DNA from: Thermodesulfovibrionales bacterium
GTDB taxonomy: Bacteria > Nitrospirota > Thermodesulfovibrionia > Thermodesulfovibrionales > SM23-35
NCBI GenBank assembly: GCA_963753165.1
Contig: CAVWBP010000002.1
Span: 80,301-144,300 of the forward strand
Direction of reading: 5' to 3'
DNA: 64,000 nucleotides
Part shown: positions 49,657-56,613 of the stretch, one piece after another
Layout of the letters: each line of letters opens with the position of its first letter
Position numbering within the stretch: the first letter of the stretch is position 1
Made by a program: the position numbers and the translations under genes
Notes under the pieces: generated by a model
Databases searched by the model: none
Told to the model about the DNA's origin: nothing
Seen by the model: only the letters and a program-made list of their open reading frames with translations

Positions 49657-50432
49657 AGCTTTTCCTCATCCTCATATGCGCGCTGGTCCTGATTGTCTTC
49701 GGACCATGGTTTGTTTTCTCTCCAAACACTCTGCAGGCCATTATCGAAGATTCCCTTTCAGCACACAGGATCGACACTGAATTGCATGGGCTGAAGAAAG
49801 GGTTGTTGTATACTATACATATTGATAGAGCTGTCCTGAGGCGGAACAGCCATGAACTGATCTCTTTGCATAATCTCTCTCTTCGTATTCACCCGGTCAG
49901 TCTCTTCATTTCCAGTCTGCGCGGGGCGATCGATGGAGAGGTATACGGAGGCACTATTTCCGGCAGCATGAAATTTACGAAGGACACGCAGCAGATGAAT
50001 TTTTCTCTGAAAGAAGTCAGCATCAGTGAGATAGTGTTTCTGAAAAGAATCGGACTGGCAGGGAAAGGCACCCTGTCCGGCACAGCAGCAATTACCGATG
50101 CAGCAGGTCATGTTGAGTTTGCTGCGAGGGACGCCCAATTTGAACCTGCCACCTATTCGGGAAGAAGGGTGCCCCTGAATATGTTTCGAGTTATTACGGG
50201 AGCGCTGGATATACAAGGTGATACGATACACATGCTGTCAGTTTCATTTGAGGGAGAAGAAGTGTTTGCGAGACTCAAGGGCAAGATTCAGAACGCGGTG
50301 ATGGATCTTGCCATGGAAATCATGCCGGGCAGGTCATTTGCGGAAAACCCCTTTCTGCTCGCGGAACTTGAGCAATACAAAGTTTCTCCCGGATATTTTG
50401 TAATACCGGTGAAGGGCAACCTTCCCCTATAA
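49653..50432 (+). CDS. gspN: Type II secretion protein GspN-like
   Basis: 259 aa with an N-terminal TM segment (LILICALVLIVFGPWFVF) and a beta-rich periplasmic body. Last gene of the gsp block, with a 4-nt overlap. Confidence 0.45.
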   Translation: MKLFLILICALVLIVFGPWFVFSPNTLQAIIEDSLSAHRIDTELHGLKKGLLYTIHIDRAVLRRNSHELISLHNLSLRIHPVSLFISSLRGAIDGEVYGGTISGSMKFTKDTQQMNFSLKEVSISEIVFLKRIGLAGKGTLSGTAAITDAAGHVEFAARDAQFEPATYSGRRVPLNMFRVITGALDIQGDTIHMLSVSFEGEEVFARLKGKIQNAVMDLAMEIMPGRSFAENPFLLAELEQYKVSPGYFVIPVKGNLPL

Positions 50433-50442
50433 GGAGGTTATT

Positions 50443-52749
50443 GTGAGATATTTCATTTACCTGGTTCTTGTGCTGGCGCTTGCAGGGTGCGGCGCAGAAG
50501 GACAACCCCGGATCACTCAAAACACAACGAATTCTGACTCTGTCGCCGTACACACACAGGAAGGTCCCCCCGCCGGGATGGTGTTACCGTTGCCCCGGTA
50601 TCTCCCCGGAGAAATTCTCGTGAAATTCAAGGCCGGAACTCCGAGCCACACAATAAATACGCTTAATCACGCAATGGGTGCGGCAACTGTCCGGGAACTG
50701 AAGCATATCGGAGTGCAACGGATTCTATTGTCTGATGCCATGGATCTTCAAGAGACGCTTGCCTCCTATCGATCGAATGCCGATGTTGAATATGCAGAAC
50801 CAAACTATATTGTGAGAAAGGCGGTCATCCCGAATGACCCCGGATTCCCTCAGGAATGGGGGCTCTCCAATACCGGGCAGACCGGAGGGAGCATTGATGC
50901 AGATATCGATGCTCCGGAAGCGTGGGACATCACCACCGGTTCACACGATATTCTCATCGCCGTGATCGATACAGGAGTGGCATATGGCCATCCGGACCTT
51001 GCAGCAAATGTCTGGCAGAATACGAAAGAAATTCCGGCGAATGGCATAGATGACGACGGGAACGGATACGTCGATGACGTCTATGGATGGGATTTTATCG
51101 ATAATGACGGGTATCCGGAAGACCTGGACTCGCACGGGACTCATGTCGCGGGTATTATCGCATCACAGGGCAATAATGGGGCTGGCGGATCCGGTGTTAT
51201 GTGGTCAGCCGGAATCATGGCGCTCCGTTTTTTAGGGGTGAGCGGGTCAGGTGATGTGGGGAATGCAGCCAGGGCAATCATCTATGCTGCCGACAATGGA
51301 GCGCGGATTATCAATGCAAGCTGGGGTGGTTTTGATTACTCAACTACTCTCTATAATGCTATCAGCTATGCACGATCCAAAGGGGTGCTCTTTGTTGCCG
51401 CTGCCGGGAATGAGGCGCAGAACAGTGATTTCGCTCCATTCTATCCTTCAGCATTTACCCTCGACAATATCATATCGGTTGCTGCTTCCGACAGCATGGA
51501 TAACCTCGCGTATTTTTCGAACTATGGAGCAACCTCTGTTGATCTGGCTGCCCCCGGAGTGGGGATCTATAGCACGGTCCCCGTTATTTCGGCGGGTGCT
51601 CCGGTTACTGTTTACAGTGAGAACTTTGACAGTGCGTCAGGTCTGCTTCCGCTGCTCGGATGGGCTCAGGGGGGAGTGAACGCAACATGGGCGGTAACCC
51701 CGGGCACCGGGGTGAATGGAACGAACAGCCTTGAAGACAGTCCGGGAGGAACCTATCTGCCAAACACAAATTCCTGGGCGGGCTATCTGACCCTTCTGCC
51801 AGCCGTGAAAAACAACCGTTATATTTTGTCCTGTGTCTGGAAAGGATATATTGATTCGTTTAGCCTCGATTATTTCCAGTTCAATTATTCTCCGGACGGC
51901 AAATCCTGGGAAACAGTTGCCTGGACAGACGGAAATACAGGAGGCAATTTTGTCCCGGTTTCTACCGACCTAATTACGGAAGCAGGTGATCTCTACGACA
52001 GGTTCTCTGTCGGTTTCGGTCTCCAATCAGACGGGGTCCTCCAGCAGGAAGGTGTCTATATTGATGATGTTACTGTGCAGAGGCAACCGCTGAGTATAGG
52101 CAGTTATTCATATGCATCGCAGGCCTGGAACGGCACCTCTCTTGCTGCTCCGTATGTGAGTGGCGCAGCAGGACTGGTATTATCTGCGAATCCTTCGTTC
52201 GTATACTCGGATGTCAAAAACATTCTCCTGAACAGCGTGGATAAGAAGCCTTTCCTCCTCGGGACTTCGGTTTCAGGGGGAAGGCTGAATGCCTTCGCAG
52301 CGTTAAAAGGGATGGCCCCGGCTGCGCCGTCAAATCTTGCAGCAACTGCGGTTTCATCAAGCCGCATCGATCTTTCCTGGACTGAAGTCTCCTCTGAAAC
52401 CGGCTTCAGCATAGAGAGAAAGACGGGAGAGAGCGGGATATTTGGAGAAATCGCACAGACAGGAATGAACAGTATGAGTTACGGTGACACCGGCTTGAGT
52501 CCGTCTACGACTTACTTTTATCGCGTGCGCGCGTATAACGCATCCGGCTATTCAGTATATTCGAATGAGGCACAGGCAACAACAGACAAATCTTCCTCCG
52601 GCAATGGAGGTGGAGGCGGCGGCGGGTGTGCCATCGGGGGCACCGCTTCCTCTCAGACAGCGATAGCAGATACCCTTGTGCTGGTTCTTCCTCTCATCAT
52701 TGTGTATCTTTTGAGAAGGAAAGGATCGAATACGCTGTTTCGCAATTAG
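50443..52749 (+). CDS. S8 subtilisin-family serine protease lipoprotein: I9 prodomain, a ~190-aa insert between the His and Ser regions, one FN3 domain and a Gly-Cys C-terminal sorting tag (GTG start)
   Basis: Lipobox LALAGCG. I9 prodomain: GEILVKFKAG...DVEYAEPNYI. Catalytic triad: VIDTGVAYGHPDL, HGTHVAGIIAS, NGTSLAAPYVSGAAG. FN3: FSIERK...YFYRVRAYN. Tail: GNGGGGGGGCAIGGTASSQTAIADTLVLVLPLIIVYLLRRKGSNTLFRN. Confidence 0.92.
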   Translation: MRYFIYLVLVLALAGCGAEGQPRITQNTTNSDSVAVHTQEGPPAGMVLPLPRYLPGEILVKFKAGTPSHTINTLNHAMGAATVRELKHIGVQRILLSDAMDLQETLASYRSNADVEYAEPNYIVRKAVIPNDPGFPQEWGLSNTGQTGGSIDADIDAPEAWDITTGSHDILIAVIDTGVAYGHPDLAANVWQNTKEIPANGIDDDGNGYVDDVYGWDFIDNDGYPEDLDSHGTHVAGIIASQGNNGAGGSGVMWSAGIMALRFLGVSGSGDVGNAARAIIYAADNGARIINASWGGFDYSTTLYNAISYARSKGVLFVAAAGNEAQNSDFAPFYPSAFTLDNIISVAASDSMDNLAYFSNYGATSVDLAAPGVGIYSTVPVISAGAPVTVYSENFDSASGLLPLLGWAQGGVNATWAVTPGTGVNGTNSLEDSPGGTYLPNTNSWAGYLTLLPAVKNNRYILSCVWKGYIDSFSLDYFQFNYSPDGKSWETVAWTDGNTGGNFVPVSTDLITEAGDLYDRFSVGFGLQSDGVLQQEGVYIDDVTVQRQPLSIGSYSYASQAWNGTSLAAPYVSGAAGLVLSANPSFVYSDVKNILLNSVDKKPFLLGTSVSGGRLNAFAALKGMAPAAPSNLAATAVSSSRIDLSWTEVSSETGFSIERKTGESGIFGEIAQTGMNSMSYGDTGLSPSTTYFYRVRAYNASGYSVYSNEAQATTDKSSSGNGGGGGGGCAIGGTASSQTAIADTLVLVLPLIIVYLLRRKGSNTLFRN

Positions 52750-52778
52750 TGAAAGATGCAAAAGTAATGTCCTATTTT

Positions 52779-52848
52779 GTCATTCCGGCTTGCCCGGAAT
52801 CTTTCTTCAGAATCCCGAAAGCTTTCGGGACCGACAAGCGGGAGTGAC
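52779..52848. repeat. Family-C palindromic element, copy 6
   Basis: Sequence gtcattccggcttgcccggaatctttcttcagaatcccgaaagctttcgggaccgacaagcgggagtgac. Confidence 0.8.
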
Positions 52849-52921
52849 AGATTACGAGTAAATTGCATAGGGCATTAATTATGCAGGAATCAATCATGTG
52901 CCTGGGGAGCGGCAATTCTGT

Positions 52922-53461
52922 TTAACCGGGAATTGACTGTTGTATCAGATTCGCAAGCCAGTGAAATATAATCCCGGGCAGTATATTGTTCGTCTTCAGG
53001 TAAAGCCATCCCATAATCAGTGAGGGGAAAAAACTGAGGAGTACAATCCAGTCGCCCCCGAATATCGTCTTCGGGAGATGGGCAAGCGCAAACAGGAGGC
53101 TTGCGAGGACGATAGATTTATAATTCTTCCCCAGCGAATCCTGAATGAACCCTCTGAAGAAAAATTCTTCAGGGAACGCAACGCTGATAAACTGAAACGC
53201 TATGAAATAAGGGGTAAGGTCTGTCATCTGTGCTCTGAAGGCAATCCCGTAAGGCACAAGAATCAGCAGTGTTATGGCAATCCCGAGCACGATATCCTTC
53301 GGAGAAGAACTGATCTTTACCCTGTAGCCTGTGATTATCGGATAGAGCAGCAGGAAGACCGGCAGCATCAGGTGGATATACGTTTTTGCAGGACTCAGTG
53401 CATGGAGGAGAAACGAGAGGACCAGAACGATACAATACCCTGATATGGTTTTTTTATTCAT
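52922..53461 (-). CDS. CPBP-family intramembrane glutamic endopeptidase (type II CAAX protease/Abi fold)
   Basis: 179 aa, polytopic. Motif 1 FPEEFFFRGF (EExxxR), motif 2 LLFALAHL (FxxxH), motif 3 IFHWLANL (HxxxN). Confidence 0.85.
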   Translation of the reverse strand: MNKKTISGYCIVLVLSFLLHALSPAKTYIHLMLPVFLLLYPIITGYRVKISSSPKDIVLGIAITLLILVPYGIAFRAQMTDLTPYFIAFQFISVAFPEEFFFRGFIQDSLGKNYKSIVLASLLFALAHLPKTIFGGDWIVLLSFFPSLIMGWLYLKTNNILPGIIFHWLANLIQQSIPG

Positions 53462-53513
53462 CGCTGTTTTATGTCTGATTCAGTAATATAGTCATAAGAA
53501 AAAGATATCCGCT

Positions 53514-53572
53514 GTCATTCCCGCTTGTCGGGAATCTTTCCCGAAGAAGGATTGCGGACAAGCCGCAATGAC
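53514..53572. repeat. Family-C palindromic element, copy 7 (near-consensus)
   Basis: Sequence gtcattcccgcttgtcgggaatctttcccgaagaaggattgcggacaagccgcaatgac. Confidence 0.85.
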
Positions 53573-53682
53573 AGAACTATCAGACATGTCTGCTTGATAG
53601 TAACCTCCCTAGTATAGTATCTTCCGGACGGAGAAAAATTCCATAAAAACTATGGTATACTTTCACAAAACAATCGGTAATT

Positions 53683-54921
53683 ATGGGTACGTTACGTTAC
53701 ATAACAGCAGGTGAATCACACGGAAAGGCTTTGACCGGAATTCTTGAAGGCATTCCCGCAGGGCTTAAGATTTCCTCTGACGATATTGACGGGGATCTGA
53801 AGCGAAGGCAGGGGGGCTACGGCAGAGGCGGGAGGATGAAGATCGAGTCAGACCGCGCGGAAATACTTTCGGGCGTCAGATGGGGGAAAACCATCGGCTC
53901 GCCGGTCGCGCTTATGATCGAGAATAAGGATTACAAGAACTGGAATGAAGGGATGTCGCCTCTTGCGGATGCAGAGAGTTCAATCCCTGCGGTGACGCGG
54001 CCGAGGCCCGGACATGCCGATCTCGCAGGTGCGATTAAATATGATCAGCAGGACATAAGGAACATCCTCGAACGTTCGAGTGCACGCGAGACTGCAATGA
54101 GGGTTGCGCTCGGCGCCGTCACAAAAAGATTTCTCTCTGAATTTGGAATATCGGTCGGCAGTTTTGTCATTCAGATCGGAAGTCAAAAAACAGCGGTAAA
54201 AAGTCATGATATGAACGAAAAAGAACTTCTGAAAACGTTCGCCCAGGCCGAGAAGTCGGTCGTCAGATGTCCTGATGAAGCGGTTTCGAAAAAGATGGTC
54301 AGGCTCATAGACAAAGCAATGAAAGAGGGCAATTCACTCGGCGGGATATTCGAAGTCTTTGTCACCGGCGTCCCCGCAGGTCTTGGGAGCCATATCCAGT
54401 GGGACCGGAAACTCGATGGTAAGCTTGCACAGGCTGTGATGGGTATCCAGGCGATGAAAGGGGTTGAGATTGGGCTCGGTTTCGATATGGGCAGGAAATT
54501 CGGATCCGAGGTCATGGATGAGATACTGTATACTTCCTTTAATCCCACCCTTTCCAAGGGGGGGCGAAGGGGGGGTAATGCATCCGGATATATCGGCGCC
54601 GGTTTCTCCAGAAAAACCAATTTTGCCGGCGGGATCGAGGGAGGCATCACCAACGGCATGCCGATAATCGTACGTGCTGCCATGAAACCTATACCGACCC
54701 AGAGGAAACCGCTCCGTTCCGTCGATATTATCACAAAAAAGTCTAATGAAGCAGCCTATGAACGCTCCGATATCTGTGCTGTCCCCGCAGCCGGCGTGAT
54801 CGGAGAGGCGATGGTTGCCCTCACAATTGCAGAAGCCTTCCTCGAAAAATTCGGCGGCGACAGCATGACCGAAACGCGCCGCAATTACGAATCGTATATG
54901 GAGTATGTAAGGAAGTTTTAA
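53683..54921 (+). CDS. aroC: Chorismate synthase, with a ~17-codon repeat-like in-frame insertion
   Basis: Contains [44 protein letters not shown] and [19 protein letters not shown]. At 412 aa it is longer than usual. Confidence 0.93.
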   Translation: MGTLRYITAGESHGKALTGILEGIPAGLKISSDDIDGDLKRRQGGYGRGGRMKIESDRAEILSGVRWGKTIGSPVALMIENKDYKNWNEGMSPLADAESSIPAVTRPRPGHADLAGAIKYDQQDIRNILERSSARETAMRVALGAVTKRFLSEFGISVGSFVIQIGSQKTAVKSHDMNEKELLKTFAQAEKSVVRCPDEAVSKKMVRLIDKAMKEGNSLGGIFEVFVTGVPAGLGSHIQWDRKLDGKLAQAVMGIQAMKGVEIGLGFDMGRKFGSEVMDEILYTSFNPTLSKGGRRGGNASGYIGAGFSRKTNFAGGIEGGITNGMPIIVRAAMKPIPTQRKPLRSVDIITKKSNEAAYERSDICAVPAAGVIGEAMVALTIAEAFLEKFGGDSMTETRRNYESYMEYVRKF

Positions 54922-55033
54922 TCTGTTCTGCTCTCTTGCGAAGCCTGCTTTGAAGAGTATCCTGGCTTCTTCATATTTAATTCACATTTTCTTACTAAAG
55001 TATATTAATAATAAAAAGCGAGGGGGATCTAAA

Positions 55034-55270
55034 TTGCTTCAGGAGAGACATATAGAGATATTGGACACTTTAAATTTGAAATGTCCTGGACCTCTTTTAA
55101 AAATTGCGGTAAGGGCAGTAAATATGAAACAGGGCGCTATTTTAGAGGTAATTGGAAATTGTCCAACCTTTGAGAGGGATATAAAAATGTGGTGTAAGAG
55201 GTCACATAAAACCCTCCTGTTTATTGGGAATGATGGTAATGGAACAATGAAATGTCAGATACAGTTTTAA
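55034..55270 (+). CDS. TusA/SirA-like sulfur-carrier family protein (TTG start proposed)
   Basis: ILDTLNLKCPGPLLKIAVRAVNMKQGAILEVIGNCPTFERDIKMWCKRSHKTLL contains the CPxP active-site motif. GAGGGGGA lies upstream of TTG 55034. Confidence 0.6.
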   Translation: MLQERHIEILDTLNLKCPGPLLKIAVRAVNMKQGAILEVIGNCPTFERDIKMWCKRSHKTLLFIGNDGNGTMKCQIQF

Positions 55271-55349
55271 AATTTAATCTGTCCGGATGCGGCGTTAATT
55301 TGTTTTTATGCTCAATGACAGCTAATCCTGCAAACAAAAGGGGAGGAGA

Positions 55350-55787
55350 TTGAAAGACACGGAACAAAAGTCCAATACTAACTGGATTATTCTGTTCATA
55401 GCCTGGCTTATTGCCAGCATAGCAATGCTGGGGAGCCTGTTCTTCAGTGAGGTGATGGAATTTGCCCCCTGTGTCTTATGCTGGTACCAGAGAATCTTCA
55501 TATACCCTTTGGTAATAACCCTGGCCATTGGACTCTTCCCGCTTGATAAAAACAGCATTAAATACTCACTGCCTTTAGCTGCGATAGGGTGGTTTTTCGC
55601 GCTTTATCACACGCTTCTGTATTCAGGAATTATCCCTGCAAGCATACAGCCCTGCAGAAAGGGGGTCTCATGCACGGAGGTATATATAGAACTGTTTGGC
55701 TTTTTGTCAATTCCCATGCTTTCATTGATCGTATTCTCAATTATAATAATTCTGCTTGTTACGTTAAAAAGGAGGCTATCTGAATGA
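55350..55787 (+). CDS. dsbB: DsbB/BdbC-family disulfide bond formation membrane protein
   Basis: Four TM segments. First Cys pair FAPCVLCWYQRIFIYP, second pair QPCRKGVSC. Confidence 0.8.
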   Translation: MKDTEQKSNTNWIILFIAWLIASIAMLGSLFFSEVMEFAPCVLCWYQRIFIYPLVITLAIGLFPLDKNSIKYSLPLAAIGWFFALYHTLLYSGIIPASIQPCRKGVSCTEVYIELFGFLSIPMLSLIVFSIIIILLVTLKRRLSE

Positions 55788-56440
55788 AGAAGGGTCGGGT
55801 ATTTATACTCTCGGGTTTAGCGCTGTTAATGTTATTTATTGCCGGAAGTCTTTTATATCAAGGCCAGGAAACGAAAAAGATTGAGTCCGTAGCTACAGAA
55901 AACACCGCTGTGTTTGCCAGGGAATATTCGCAGACACTCGGCAGTGATGATGCAAAAGTTATTATCACTGAGTTTCTTGACCCCGGATGTGAGACCTGCC
56001 GCGACTTTCAACCGTTTCTCAAAGAAATGCTGGCGTACTATACGGGCAAGGTAAAGCTCGTTATCAGGTATATCCCCTTGCACCATGGCGCTGACGAGAT
56101 GATCAAGATTCTCGAAGCCTCTAAAGAACAGGGCAAGTACTGGGAAACCCTTGAGGTTATGTTTGAATCCCAGCCTAACTGGGCAAGCCATTCAAATCCG
56201 CAGCCTGAACAGATATGGAAGTTCCTTCCTCAGATCGGTCTGGATACAGATAAGCTAAGAAAGGATATGCGCAGGCCAGAGATTGAGAAAATTCTTGCTC
56301 AGGACATTGCAGATGCCAATGCCCTGAACGTCAGAAAGACGCCTCAGTTCTTCGTAAACGGAAGGCCGCTTGTAACCTTTGGTTCTCAACAGCTGGCAGA
56401 CCTTGTCCATTCTGAAGTTATAAAAAAATACCCTGAATAA
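55784..56440 (+). CDS. DsbA-like thioredoxin-fold thiol:disulfide oxidoreductase
   Basis: N-terminal anchor. Active site FLDPGCETCRDF (CxxC). Also contains cis-Pro region RKTPQFFVNGRPL. Confidence 0.8.
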   Translation: MKKGRVFILSGLALLMLFIAGSLLYQGQETKKIESVATENTAVFAREYSQTLGSDDAKVIITEFLDPGCETCRDFQPFLKEMLAYYTGKVKLVIRYIPLHHGADEMIKILEASKEQGKYWETLEVMFESQPNWASHSNPQPEQIWKFLPQIGLDTDKLRKDMRRPEIEKILAQDIADANALNVRKTPQFFVNGRPLVTFGSQQLADLVHSEVIKKYPE

Positions 56441-56613
56441 GACCGGATTATTCATGAACTACAATAAATAGCTGCCCGCTGATGCTAATCTCCGCGAAAT
56501 AATGTGGCTCTTCCATGCTGAATTGATGAAGAATTTCTCGGATTAATTCAATCCCGCGGATTCAGCATCTGTGACATTGTCTGATACGTTGCATCGCAAC
56601 AGAAAAAAATCGG

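Noticed and set aside
36305-53461. The protease/T2SS block as a transposon- or phage-borne island
   Set aside because: No transposase, integrase, phage structural gene or long terminal direct repeat was found. Only short non-autonomous palindromic repeats are present. Horizontal origin cannot be judged from this window alone.
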